Positions 21,818 through 31,948 of a stretch of DNA of 64,000 nt are shown here, piece after piece. Both the position numbers and the translations under genes were made by a program. The notes under the pieces were generated by a model that was not told the origin of the DNA, ran no database searches, and saw only the letters and a list, made by a program, of their open reading frames with translations. Each line of letters starts with the position of its first letter. Within the stretch, counting starts at the first letter, position 1. The stretch comes from Candidatus Latescibacterota bacterium (GTDB lineage Bacteria; Latescibacterota; UBA2968). Location of the stretch: positions 6,112,001 through 6,176,000 of the forward strand of contig OZ240241.1 in assembly GCA_965198115.1 (NCBI GenBank), in the 5' to 3' direction.

Positions 21818-22459
21818 GTGCACACGATCTACACACTCCTCGTAGTGCTCGCTCTTCACCCCGCAAAAGCGGAGGACCGAAAACCTCTTACCGTCCTCTT
21901 CTTGGGCGACAGCATCACCGCGGGTTACGGTCTGGCCAACGTAGACGATGCGTTTCCCGCTCTGCTCCAGAGCCGTATCGACAGTCTCGGTTGGGACGTC
22001 AAAATCATCAACGCGGGACTGAGCGGCGAAACATCCTCGGGTGGACTTCGCAGGATCGACTGGTTGCTACGACGTCACATCGACGTGCTTGTCCTCGAAC
22101 TCGGAGCGAACGATGGTCTGCGAGGCGTCGCTCTCGACCTGACGAAACAGAACTTGCTCGCGATCGTGAAAAAAACGAAGGCGGCCCTTCCCGATGCCCG
22201 CATCATCATCGCGGGAATGGAAATGCCGCCCAATCTGGGTGAGGATTACGCCTCTGCGTTTCGTGAAATATTTCCAGCGATCGCGCTCGAAACCGAGTCT
22301 GACCTGATTTCATTCCTGCTCGAAGGCGTCGGAGGCAAACCGGATCTCAACCTCGCCGACGGCAAACATCCCAATGCCGCTGGCCACCGTCTCGTCGCCG
22401 AAACAGTGTGGCCCGTGCTCGCGCGCCATCTTCGCGAACTAACAACGTCATCTCCCTGA
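21818..22459 (+). CDS. tesA: SGNH/GDSL arylesterase (TesA-like)
   Basis: LGDSITAG, GLSGETS, ELGANDG, DGKHPN; signal-peptide-like N-terminus. Confidence 0.85.
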   Translation: MHTIYTLLVVLALHPAKAEDRKPLTVLFLGDSITAGYGLANVDDAFPALLQSRIDSLGWDVKIINAGLSGETSSGGLRRIDWLLRRHIDVLVLELGANDGLRGVALDLTKQNLLAIVKKTKAALPDARIIIAGMEMPPNLGEDYASAFREIFPAIALETESDLISFLLEGVGGKPDLNLADGKHPNAAGHRLVAETVWPVLARHLRELTTSSP

Positions 22460-22535
22460 CAAGACCCCATCGCTTTTTATCCCCCAGCCAGGAAGAGATC
22501 GTCGACCCGAACATTTTTCCCCCGCCGCTGTAGAC

Positions 22536-25109
22536 TCAATACTCCGCACGGAGCACTTCGAGGGGCGGCCGTGACGCAACGCCTCGACTGTTTGCAGCCC
22601 CCACGACGACTGTCAAACCCGCCACGATCGCGAAAACCGCGAACACCTCCACACCAGGCCGCACGAACCCCACGTCGAAAACGGTCACTGAAAGCGCCCA
22701 GGCGGCGCCAACGGCAAGGCATCCCCCGGCCAATCCGGCCAGGCTACCCAGCAACAGATACTCGAGAAGCAGGATACGATGGATCTGTTTTCTCGACGCG
22801 CCAATCGTCCGCAGCAAGACGCTTTCCCGGATCCGTTGATAGCGACTCGAAATCACGGCCGCCGTGAGGACGATCAACCCTGTACCGACGCTGAACAGAG
22901 CCATAAAACGCATGACGAATCCCACGCGTGACAGGACATCGTCGGCCGTTTTCAACACTAGCCCCAGATCGATGACGGAGACGTTTGGAAAGCGCTTCAC
23001 CAGACGGCGTTGCATCAGCGCGGACACCTCCGTCGAAGACACGCGCGACGTTACAACCTCGAACTGTGGCGCTCCTTCGAGCACCCCGGCTGGAAAAACG
23101 ACCCAGAAATTCGGTTGAATTCGCTGCCAGTCGATCTGTCGGGTGCTGGCAACGACACAATCGATCGGCACACCCTGCACGTCGAATGTCAACGAATCAC
23201 CCAGTTCCAGCCGCAGATTTCGGATCAGACTCTCACCGACCGAAATAGGGACGGGCCCCTGATCGGGATCGTGATCCCCAATCCACTCACCCTCAGTCAC
23301 CGTCTCCGAATCGAACAGAAAGGATCGGTATGTCGAGCGATATTCACGTGTCAGCACCCAGGTAGAAGGCCGACGCTCCCTATCCATCATCGCCTGGATC
23401 GCTTCCCCTTTGACCGAAGCCAGTCGCATCGTCACCACCGGCACCTTGTGCACGACCGGGAGACCCTGATCTCTCAGAACCCCGATCACGTCCTCTGTCT
23501 GATCCGGTTGCACATCGAACAGAACGACATTCGGTCGATCGCCCCCGCCGGCCAGAGCGACCTGGTTCAAAAGCGTATCCTGCATCAGGTAAAGCGTCGA
23601 AATCAGGAAGGTCCCGAGCCCCAGCGACAAAACCAGCACGTGAGTTTGATTCCGAGGCCGGTAGAGGTTCGCTGCTCCCTGGCGCCACACATACGGCCAC
23701 GAACGAGGCAAGAGCCGGCGCACAATACGAGTCAATGCATAGGCCGCGGCGGCCAGAACGACGAAAGCGGCGACCATCCCGGCGGTCAGACCCAACCCGT
23801 TCCTGAGTCCCCCCATGTGCGCGATCGACAGCGTCGACACGATCGCAAGAACCAGCCCTGCGATCACGAACTGCGCAGGATCAGGGCGTCGGGTCCCTTC
23901 GTACGAAGCCCTCAAGCTCAACAGGGGCGATACTCGACGAACCGCAATCAACGGGAACATCGCAAAGAGCAACGACAAACCCGTTCCGATTCCCACTCCC
24001 TGAATCACGGCCTCGACATCGACTTCCGTATCCACGTCCACTGGCAGCAAATCACTCAACACGTAAGGCAGGATACCCTGTAGCACCGCTCCGCCCACCG
24101 CCCCCATCGACGAACCTAACGCTCCCAGCCCCAACGTCTGAACCACGTAAACGGCCAGAGCCTGCGTGGGCTGAGCACCCAGACAACGCAAGACAGCGAC
24201 CGTCGACAGCTTCTGACGGATGTAGACGTGGATGGCGCTCGCTACACCTACACACCCCAGCAGAAGAGCCGCGAAACCGGACAGACTCAGATACCGATAG
24301 AGGTTGTCCAGGGTGCGACCCATCCTTCTGACGCGGCGGGAAACCGTCTCATACCGAACCCCGTGCTTCTCGCGGAATCCCCGGAGATACCGCGTCAAAG
24401 CTGTCATATCGGTCTCAGCTGGAAGCTCGAACGTGACCCGATAGGACACGATGCTACCGTGTTGGATCAGCCCCGTCGCATCCAGATCCCTCATCGGTAT
24501 GAACACACGAGGCGCGGCATCCATTAAGGCAGCCGATTCACCCGACACGGCCTCGACACGTCCCACGATTTCGAACGTAGAAGTGCCCAATCGCAGAACA
24601 TCACCGACGTTCACGTCATACTGGATCATCAGTGCCGCATCGACCAGGGCCGTTCCCGAACCGAATCGCGTCGCACGTGCATCGGACGGCGTTGTACGGA
24701 ACGTCCCGTAGAACGGAAACTCACCCTGAATCGCGCGAGCCTGAATCAGCCGCGTCCCGTCAACCCGGGGGAAGTAGACCATCGACGCGAACCGCACTTC
24801 CCTCGCCTGGCGACCCCCGAGGGAATCGATCAAAGCCTCAGTCGCGTCGTTAAACGGTCGCTGACTCGACAGCTCGAGATCCGCACCCAGAAGAGCCTTC
24901 GCCTGCGTCTGAACCGCCCGTTCCAGATGACCACCCACCGACCGGATTGCTACCAGGGCGCCGACGCCCATCGCAATACACGAAAAGAACAACAACAGGC
25001 GTCGTCGATACGTCCGCGTATCGCGCCACGCCATTTTCCACACCCACGGATCGAGAAAAACAGTCATTTCAATGTTCTCACCTTCCCCTGCGGGCTCCAC
25101 CTCCGCCAC
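22536..25109 (-). CDS. ABC transporter permease, YbbP-like (two FtsX domains)
   Basis: KMAWRD, LLGADL, AVLRCLGA, LFDVQPDQ, REYRSTYR, LLRTIGAS. Start may be the ATG of MTVFLDP. Confidence 0.88.
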   Translation of the reverse strand: MAEVEPAGEGENIEMTVFLDPWVWKMAWRDTRTYRRRLLLFFSCIAMGVGALVAIRSVGGHLERAVQTQAKALLGADLELSSQRPFNDATEALIDSLGGRQAREVRFASMVYFPRVDGTRLIQARAIQGEFPFYGTFRTTPSDARATRFGSGTALVDAALMIQYDVNVGDVLRLGTSTFEIVGRVEAVSGESAALMDAAPRVFIPMRDLDATGLIQHGSIVSYRVTFELPAETDMTALTRYLRGFREKHGVRYETVSRRVRRMGRTLDNLYRYLSLSGFAALLLGCVGVASAIHVYIRQKLSTVAVLRCLGAQPTQALAVYVVQTLGLGALGSSMGAVGGAVLQGILPYVLSDLLPVDVDTEVDVEAVIQGVGIGTGLSLLFAMFPLIAVRRVSPLLSLRASYEGTRRPDPAQFVIAGLVLAIVSTLSIAHMGGLRNGLGLTAGMVAAFVVLAAAAYALTRIVRRLLPRSWPYVWRQGAANLYRPRNQTHVLVLSLGLGTFLISTLYLMQDTLLNQVALAGGGDRPNVVLFDVQPDQTEDVIGVLRDQGLPVVHKVPVVTMRLASVKGEAIQAMMDRERRPSTWVLTREYRSTYRSFLFDSETVTEGEWIGDHDPDQGPVPISVGESLIRNLRLELGDSLTFDVQGVPIDCVVASTRQIDWQRIQPNFWVVFPAGVLEGAPQFEVVTSRVSSTEVSALMQRRLVKRFPNVSVIDLGLVLKTADDVLSRVGFVMRFMALFSVGTGLIVLTAAVISSRYQRIRESVLLRTIGASRKQIHRILLLEYLLLGSLAGLAGGCLAVGAAWALSVTVFDVGFVRPGVEVFAVFAIVAGLTVVVGAANSRGVASRPPLEVLRAEY

Positions 25110-25117
25110 CGGGTGAC

Positions 25118-25840
25118 TCAGGTCGTCCCTTCGGCCTTCCTTCGTGTCTTCGTGTCTTCGTGGTTCAGCTTCTTGTTTCCCGTAAGCTCGCCGCCGTGCA
25201 GGCGAATCACCCGATCCGTTCGGCCGGCCAACTCCAGATCGTGTGTCGCCATCAACAGCGTCGTTCCGGCTTCCCGGTTCAGATCGAACAGAAGATCCAC
25301 GATCGTGTGACTCGTATCCGCATCCAGGTTTCCGGTCGGCTCATCCGCGAACAGAATTCTCGGACGGTTGATGAAGGCTCGGGCAATCGCGACGCGCTGC
25401 TGTTCTCCGCCCGACAACTGCGCCGGGTAGTGATCCATTCGATCCCCCAGACCAACGCGATCGAGAAGCTCTGCGGCCTGGCGCTCGACCTGACGTTCCC
25501 CACGCAGCTCCAACGGTACCATCACGTTCTCGATAGCCATCAACGTCGGGATCAGCTGAAAACTCTGGAACACGAATCCCACGCACATGCCACGAAGATC
25601 CGAAAGCTGATCTTCCGTCAAATCATTGAGCGCCACATCGAGCAGAAGGATCGACCCGGCCGTCGGCCTGTCCAGCCCGGCACAGAGCCCCAGCAACGTC
25701 GTTTTACCGCTTCCTGATGGTCCCACGAGCGAACACGCCTCGCCCTGTGTCACATCGAATGTCACGTCTTTAAGCACCACCAGCTCGTGCGATCCGGTCG
25801 AATACCGCTTCGTCAGATTCTCTACTCGAAGCATCCTCAT
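25118..25840 (-). CDS. ABC transporter ATP-binding protein, YbbA/LolD-like
   Basis: [35 protein letters not shown]. Confidence 0.92.
   Translation of the reverse strand: MRMLRVENLTKRYSTGSHELVVLKDVTFDVTQGEACSLVGPSGSGKTTLLGLCAGLDRPTAGSILLLDVALNDLTEDQLSDLRGMCVGFVFQSFQLIPTLMAIENVMVPLELRGERQVERQAAELLDRVGLGDRMDHYPAQLSGGEQQRVAIARAFINRPRILFADEPTGNLDADTSHTIVDLLFDLNREAGTTLLMATHDLELAGRTDRVIRLHGGELTGNKKLNHEDTKTRRKAEGTT
25140..25163 (+). repeat. Short tandem repeat, 3 x 8 nt (CTTCGTGT)
   Basis: cttcgtgt cttcgtgt cttcgtgg, read on the minus strand as the HEDTKTRR tail of the ABC ATPase. Confidence 0.7.
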
Positions 25841-25862
25841 TCCTTGGTCGAGACATTAAAAA

Positions 25863-27282
25863 GGCTCTATCCGGGTTTCTCAACGGTGAAACTATAGAAT
25901 GACAAGGTCATAGATCGTTCCCTACGCTTGGTTGTGTGTGTAGGACAATCAAAGCGAAGGGGGTGCGACCTATGACCGGGAGCAGATTACTATCGAAACT
26001 GCTGAGATTCAAGGGGTTCCGTGTTGTCAGCTGGTGGTTTGAGGGGAGAAGCTGCTTCGTCATCGCCGTAAAGCCACATAAGAATGGTTGTTGTTGTCCG
26101 GAGTGCGGCCGTCGAGGTAAAATCGTCCGCACAATGCCCCATCCGCGTCGGTGGCGTGACATTCCGGTGTGCGGGTGGAGGGTCTGGCTTCTCTACCATC
26201 CTCGGGAGATTCGGTGTCCTACCCACGGTCGTGTGGTCGAGGAGATTCCGTGGGCGGAGCGGTTCTCTCGGGTGACGTATCGCTTCGAGTATGCCATGCT
26301 GCGCTACTGCCAGACCATGACGCAGAAGGCGGCGTCCGAGTTACTGCGCATCTCTGCCTCGACGCTGTCGGATCTCCTTCACCGATCCATCACGCGGCTT
26401 CGTGAAGGTCATCGTATCCGAGGGCTCAAAACCATCGGGATCGACGAGATCTCCTACGCCAAGCGTCACAGGTACGCCACGCTCGTTTACGATCTGGACC
26501 GCTCCTGCGTGGTGTGGGTTGGCCGCGGCAGGGCGCGTAAAACGATCGATCGGTTCTTCACAGAGGCTCTCAGTCCCTACCGGAGATCCAAGATCGAGTG
26601 GGCCTGCTGCGACATGAGCGAAGCTTACATCGGAGCCATCCAGGAACACTGTCCGAATGCCAAGCTGGTCCTCGATCGCTTTCACATCGTCAAGGCTCTC
26701 AATGCCGCCGTTGACGAGGTCCGTAAGGACCAGTGGCGTAAAGCTGCCCCGGATGAGCGCAAAGCCATGAAGGGCCTCCGATGGCTCCTCTACCGGCACT
26801 CAGCGACACGCTCCAGAGGGGATACTCGGACACTCAAAGCACTGGAGAAGGCGAACTACCGAATCTATAGAGCCTGGAGACTCAAGGACGAGTTCGAGCA
26901 GTTCTGGGAATACAAAGCGCCCTGGGCTGCCGAACGCTTCCTGAAATGCTGGACGACGTCCGCACTCAGAAGTCGACGTGAACCCCTGCGAAAGTTCGTC
27001 AGGACCCTGCGACAGCACTTCTTCGGCGTCCTCGCATTCGTGAACACGCGTCTTACCAACGCCATCGCCAAAGGCCTCAACCGAATCGTCCAAATCGTCA
27101 AGAACCGAGCCAGCGGATTCCGCACACTCGACGCATTCAACGATATGATCTTCCTTACCGTCGGAGACATAAACATCCCTGAGCAGATTCCGAAGAGGTT
27201 CCGCACACTCTAACCGCGCCCCCATGCCAGGAACCACGGCACCTTCACCCACTTCATCTCGTTGAGAGATCCGGATATAGCC
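25863..27282 (+). mobile_element. ISL3-family IS, copy 2 (1420 bp)
   Basis: Same IRs; TSD ATTAAAAA at 25855-62 and 27283-90. Confidence 0.95.
25936..27213 (+). CDS. ISL3 transposase (E-to-K change in TNAIAKGLN)
   Basis: CPECG...CPTHG zinc finger, IGIDE, CCDM, LDRFHIVK, TNAIA(K)GLN. Confidence 0.9.
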   Translation: MCRTIKAKGVRPMTGSRLLSKLLRFKGFRVVSWWFEGRSCFVIAVKPHKNGCCCPECGRRGKIVRTMPHPRRWRDIPVCGWRVWLLYHPREIRCPTHGRVVEEIPWAERFSRVTYRFEYAMLRYCQTMTQKAASELLRISASTLSDLLHRSITRLREGHRIRGLKTIGIDEISYAKRHRYATLVYDLDRSCVVWVGRGRARKTIDRFFTEALSPYRRSKIEWACCDMSEAYIGAIQEHCPNAKLVLDRFHIVKALNAAVDEVRKDQWRKAAPDERKAMKGLRWLLYRHSATRSRGDTRTLKALEKANYRIYRAWRLKDEFEQFWEYKAPWAAERFLKCWTTSALRSRREPLRKFVRTLRQHFFGVLAFVNTRLTNAIAKGLNRIVQIVKNRASGFRTLDAFNDMIFLTVGDINIPEQIPKRFRTL

Positions 27283-27285
27283 ATT

Positions 27286-27314
27286 AAAAAGAGGGACCAG
27301 AAACCCGGTCCCTC
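27286..27314 (-). terminator. Intrinsic terminator; its T-tract is the ISL3 copy 2 target
   Basis: GAGGGACC 27291-98 / GGTCCCTC 27307-14 followed by TTTTT on the minus strand. Confidence 0.7.
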
Positions 27315-27466
27315 CAGACATCGAAATTTACACAATCTTCATTCAGCGTCTACCCTACTAACCTGAATCATGCATGAATTTGAGTTTAGGTTGTTTTGGA
27401 ATGATGTGATCACGCACAGGATTTGTTCTCGGCTTCTTCGGATGTCCAAGGTCCCGTAAGCGGTTT

Positions 27467-28854
27467 GGTGAGGTCCCTATCCTAGTTGAAACTTAAAGGG
27501 CTCCAAACTTACGTTGTGGGTAGACGTGTGAGAGCGTGTACCCGTAAGAAAGGAGCCCACGATGGAGAAGCTATTTGCAGGGGATGGCGAAGTCAAGGTT
27601 GGGTCAGACGTTATGGATTTGGAGACGCGTTTATCGGTGATCCGGGCGCTGATTCCGCTGGGTCTGGAGGCCGTTGCCGACGTGCTCCAGCAGGAGGTGG
27701 AGCAGCTCGCAGGCGTTCGGTATGCGCGTAAGGGTTCAGAGCAGTCGCATCGTCGATGGGGAAGCCAGAAAGGGTCCGTGTATCTGATGGACCAGAAGCT
27801 GCCGGTGGCCGTTCCCCGTGTGCGCGACGTCGAGTCCGATACGGAGGTTTCTCTGGCCGCATACCGGGGGATGCAGAGGCCCAGAGCGATGGATGAGAAG
27901 CTGCTGCTTCGTGTGCTCAAGGGAATCTCCTGTCGCAACTACAGAGCCTGTGCAGAGTCGGTACCCGAAGCGTTCGGAATCTCGGCATCCTCCGTCTCGC
28001 GACGGTTCATCAAAGCCACCGCAAAGAAGCTGAAGCAGTTCCAGGAACGACCGCTCGACGACTACGACTTGGTCGCCCTGTTCATCGACGGAAAGAGCTT
28101 TGCCGACGAAGAGATCGTGATCGCTCCGGGCGTCACGACGGACGGCCAGAAGATCCCCCTGGGCTTCGTCGAATCGGCGACGGAGAACGAACGGATCTGC
28201 CGTCAGCTGATCCAGGATCTCATCCGGAGAGGCCTGTGCTACGACCAGGGCCTTCTCGTTGTGCTGGACGGCTCAAAGGGACTCCGCTGTGCCGTCACCA
28301 AAGCCCTCAAAGGGGATGTGTGCGTGCATCGCTGTCAGTGGCACAAGCGCGAGAACGTCGTCAGCTACCTCCCGGAGGCAGAACGTCCAAGAGTTCGACG
28401 GAAACTTCAGAAAGCCTATGACTGCGACACCTACGAGGAGGCAAAGGCCGCACTCGAATCACTCAAACCCGAACTCAAGCTGATGAATCAGTCTGCCGTG
28501 GCAAGCCTCGAGGAAGGACTGGAGGAAACCCTGACCCTCCACCGGCTGGGGATGCTCCCGTTCTTGAAGCGAAGCTTCCGAACCACCAATTGCATCGAGG
28601 CGCTCAACAGCATGACCGGCAACCTGATACGGAAGGTCAACCGCTGGAACAACTCTCCTCAGCGACACAGATGGGTCGCGGCCGCACTCCTCGACATCGA
28701 ACCACGCCTGCGACGCGTGAGCGGATACAAACACCTCCCGCTGCTCAGGCAAGCACTGAAAAACAACCTGAATCTCGGCGACAATCAAGATGCTCGGCAG
28801 AGAGCATGAATACCACGGAGCCCGATGAGTTTCAACTGACTATGGGACTTGACC
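27467..28854 (+). mobile_element. IS256-family element nested in IS1380
   Basis: Imperfect IRs GGTGAGGTCCC...AGTTGAAACT / GGTCAAGTCCC...AGTTGAAACT; flanking near-direct repeat AGCGGTTT / AGCGGTCT. Confidence 0.85.
27562..28809 (+). CDS. IS256-family (Mutator-type) DDE transposase, intact ORF
   Basis: VPRVRD, LFIDGK, VLDGSKGL, HRCQWHKREN, RTTNCIEALN. Confidence 0.92.
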   Translation: MEKLFAGDGEVKVGSDVMDLETRLSVIRALIPLGLEAVADVLQQEVEQLAGVRYARKGSEQSHRRWGSQKGSVYLMDQKLPVAVPRVRDVESDTEVSLAAYRGMQRPRAMDEKLLLRVLKGISCRNYRACAESVPEAFGISASSVSRRFIKATAKKLKQFQERPLDDYDLVALFIDGKSFADEEIVIAPGVTTDGQKIPLGFVESATENERICRQLIQDLIRRGLCYDQGLLVVLDGSKGLRCAVTKALKGDVCVHRCQWHKRENVVSYLPEAERPRVRRKLQKAYDCDTYEEAKAALESLKPELKLMNQSAVASLEEGLEETLTLHRLGMLPFLKRSFRTTNCIEALNSMTGNLIRKVNRWNNSPQRHRWVAAALLDIEPRLRRVSGYKHLPLLRQALKNNLNLGDNQDARQRA

Positions 28855-28950
28855 AGCGGTCTCTACGAGTCGCAAGAGTCACGATTTTCGTCCGGAACAG
28901 GTGTTGTTTTGCGACGTGTACATAGCTGTCCCCGGTATAGATCGGCGTTG

Positions 28951-30229
28951 TTACTGCGTGTTCGTTTCGAGCCTGGTGATGATTGACACCAAGACGTTTT
29001 TGAGTGGATACGATGTTGGAAAATGGAATCGGATTCTTCGTGCGCTTTCAATGACTCTCGCGCCGATTTTGAGGAAACGGTTCTGTATCGTGTTGACCTG
29101 AGGTTTGGTCCACGCGGTGCCCTTGAGTCCCTGTGATCGGAGTGCGTGAAGCAAGGCGTATGCAGCACTGTGTAGAAAGAGTCGGAACTGGTTGGCTTCA
29201 AACTTGTGGCACGATGTTCGATCGGATACGATCATAGATAAAGCCGTCTCGATTACTCTGTAAATTGGTCACGCGGTATCTTGGATTTGCTTCGCCGTTT
29301 GTGACTTCAGCCTTGTGAATGATCCGGCGAGGCTGCCGGTAGGTGCCAGCCTGATATGAGAAGGATGAGAACAAGCGAATCGTCTCCTTATGCTCGCTCA
29401 GACGTAGCGCTTGGTCCATCAGGTTTTGTCCAGCCGCTTTGAGCTTGGAGTTGGCGCCCTGGCCCAGAACGTAGTAGATACCGTTGTCTTCGCAGAAATC
29501 GTGCATCTCTGGTGAGCTGAACTTTGAGTCTGCGCGAACGATGATCTCCACGTTTGGCCAAGATCCGCGTAGGTGTTCCACCAAGCGCTTGAGAATAGAA
29601 ACGACCTGTTTACCGTTCGTCGGATGCCCGGGTCTCAAGATCGTCGTAATGAGCTTGCCGCTTTGGCCTTCATAGATATGTAGCGGCATATAGCAGTGTT
29701 CATTGTAATACGCGTTGAAGAGTGAAAATTGTTGCGCACCGTGCGTTGGGTCATCCGTGTCGTCGATATCGAGAATGATGCTTGGGGGTGCCTGGTCATA
29801 CGATGCGATGAACCCGTCTACAAAAGCCCGTGCGAGCCGATACAAATCCGAGCGTCGCACATCATTCTCAAGTCGTGTCATCGTTGATTGGCTCCCGAGA
29901 TCAGGACCGGAAAGAGGAAGCCGATCGCAGGCAGCCTTGACGCCCGGATCGTGGCGCAAATCATCACAATCGACGGCATCTTCATAGCCGCAAGCGATCT
30001 GAAAAACACGCTGCTTCACAAGATCCAAAAGCGTGTGATCGATATAGCTTGGGTGACGACGATCTCGCAAAGCATCTACCATTCTGGCGATCAATCCCAT
30101 CTGAGACTCAAGGGCGCGAAGCAACAGAACTCCACCGTCACTCCTGACGGCGCCACCGGCAAAATCAGCCTCAACTACCTTGCCCGAAATGCTTGCGAAT
30201 GGTAACCGGATCTGACTAGGTTCTATCAT
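28951..30229 (-). pseudogene. IS1380 transposase with internal deletion/frameshift
   Basis: SDGGVLLL, ACGYED, LDIDDTDDPTHGAQQ, VRADS, DRTSCHKFEANQFRL. The segment with the catalytic Glu is missing near 29222. Confidence 0.88.
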
Positions 30230-30315
30230 GGTAGTTCCTTCCAAGTGTTGTTTTGATGTGTCAGCCCTAATGTAGGGAAAAACAAACACTTGTACAAGGA
30301 GACTACCTTTTTTAT

Positions 30316-31735
30316 GGCTATATCCGGATCTCTCAACGAGATGAAGTGGGTGAAGGTGCCGTGGTTCCTGGCATGGGGGCGCGGTTAGAGTGTGCGGAAC
30401 CTCTTCGGAATCTGCTCAGGGATGTTTATGTCTCCGACGGTAAGGAAGATCATATCGTTGAATGCGTCGAGTGTGCGGAATCCGCTGGCTCGGTTCTTGA
30501 CGATTTGGACGATTCGGTTGAGGCCTTTGGCGATGGCGTTGGTAAGACGCGTGTTCACGAATGCGAGGACGCCGAAGAAGTGCTGTCGCAGGGTCCTGAC
30601 GAACTTTCGCAGGGGTTCACGTCGACTTCTGAGTGCGGACGTCGTCCAGCATTTCAGGAAGCGTTCGGCAGCCCAGGGCGCTTTGTATTCCCAGAACTGC
30701 TCGAACTCGTCCTTGAGTCTCCAGGCTCTATAGATTCGGTAGTTCGCCTTCTCCAGTGCTTTGAGTGTCCGAGTATCCCCTCTGGAGCGTGTCGCTGAGT
30801 GCCGGTAGAGGAGCCATCGGAGGCCCTTCATGGCTTTGCGCTCATCCGGGGCAGCTTTACGCCACTGGTCCTTACGGACCTCGTCAACGGCGGCATTGAG
30901 AGCCTTGACGATGTGAAAGCGATCGAGGACCAGCTTGGCATTCGGACAGTGTTCCTGGATGGCTCCGATGTAAGCTTCGCTCATGTCGCAGCAGGCCCAC
31001 TCGATCTTGGATCTCCGGTAGGGACTGAGAGCCTCTGTGAAGAACCGATCGATCGTTTTACGCGCCCTGCCGCGGCCAACCCACACCACGCAGGAGCGGT
31101 CCAGATCGTAAACGAGCGTGGCGTACCTGTGACGCTTGGCGTAGGAGATCTCGTCGATCCCGATGGTTTTGAGCCCTCGGATACGATGACCTTCACGAAG
31201 CCGCGTGATGGATCGGTGAAGGAGATCCGACAGCGTCGAGGCAGAGATGCGCAGTAACTCGGACGCCGCCTTCTGCGTCATGGTCTGGCAGTAGCGCAGC
31301 ATGGCATACTCGAAGCGATACGTCACCCGAGAGAACCGCTCCGCCCACGGAATCTCCTCGACCACACGACCGTGGGTAGGACACCGAATCTCCCGAGGAT
31401 GGTAGAGAAGCCAGACCCTCCACCCGCACACCGGAATGTCACGCCACCGACGCGGATGGGGCATTGTGCGGACGATTTTACCTCGACGGCCGCACTCCGG
31501 ACAACAACAACCATTCTTATGTGGCTTTACGGCGATGACGAAACAGCTTCTCCCCTCAAACCACCAGCTGACAACACGGAACCCCTTGAATCTCAGCAGT
31601 TTCGATAGTAATCTGCTCCCGGTCATAGGTCGCACCCCCTTCGCTTTGATTGTCCTACACACACAACCAAGCGTAGGGAACGATCTATGACCTTGTCATT
31701 CTATAGTTTCACCGTTGAGAAACCCGGATAGAGCC
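30316..31735 (-). mobile_element. ISL3-family IS, copy 3 (1420 bp), inserted next to the IS1380 left IR
   Basis: Same IRs; TSD TTTTTTAT at 30308-15 and 31736-43. Confidence 0.95.
30385..31662 (-). CDS. ISL3 transposase (same protein sequence as copy 2, E-to-K)
   Basis: 425-aa ORF with the same translation as 25936-27213. Confidence 0.9.
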   Translation of the reverse strand: MCRTIKAKGVRPMTGSRLLSKLLRFKGFRVVSWWFEGRSCFVIAVKPHKNGCCCPECGRRGKIVRTMPHPRRWRDIPVCGWRVWLLYHPREIRCPTHGRVVEEIPWAERFSRVTYRFEYAMLRYCQTMTQKAASELLRISASTLSDLLHRSITRLREGHRIRGLKTIGIDEISYAKRHRYATLVYDLDRSCVVWVGRGRARKTIDRFFTEALSPYRRSKIEWACCDMSEAYIGAIQEHCPNAKLVLDRFHIVKALNAAVDEVRKDQWRKAAPDERKAMKGLRWLLYRHSATRSRGDTRTLKALEKANYRIYRAWRLKDEFEQFWEYKAPWAAERFLKCWTTSALRSRREPLRKFVRTLRQHFFGVLAFVNTRLTNAIAKGLNRIVQIVKNRASGFRTLDAFNDMIFLTVGDINIPEQIPKRFRTL

Positions 31736-31871
31736 TTTTTTATGCATAATTCAGGCTAATGCACGAGTAAGTACCGAGTTCCGATTGATCCCGAAATGCG
31801 ATTGAAAGAGACTGTGGTCTCTGGATGCAATCCTGTATCATCTGTCTTCTGTTACTCAGCTCACAACAGGT

Positions 31872-31895
31872 TCGCGGTCGGGAAACCGCTCCCAC
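31872..31895 (-). repeat. GTRG-type REP-like palindrome
   Basis: GTGGGAGCGGTTTCCCGACCGCGA: GTGG tetramer followed by a GCGGT/ACCGC hairpin, downstream of ilvD. Confidence 0.55.
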
Positions 31896-31948
31896 CGGTC
31901 ATCGAGCGAAGCCATACCGCACACAGCCCACCGCCGACCGCCCACGTT

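Larger units (their letters stand above)
27362..31755 (-). mobile_element. IS1380-family element (~1.57 kb of own sequence) carrying nested IS256 and ISL3
   Basis: IRs CCTGAATCATGCAT (27362) and CCTGAATTATGCAT (reverse complement, ending 31755); 4-bp TSD CTAA at 27358-61 and 31756-59. Confidence 0.9.

Noticed and set aside
25863-31735. Composite transposon bounded by inverted ISL3 copies 2 and 3
   Set aside because: Each copy has its own 8-bp TSD and the outer flanks do not match, so these are independent insertions; the interior holds only other IS DNA and a short spacer.
27291-31826. SAM-I riboswitch (AUCCAGAG and GGAGGGAC on the minus strand)
   Set aside because: The two motifs are ~100 nt apart in the reconstructed allele rather than adjacent, and the GCAACC core is absent.
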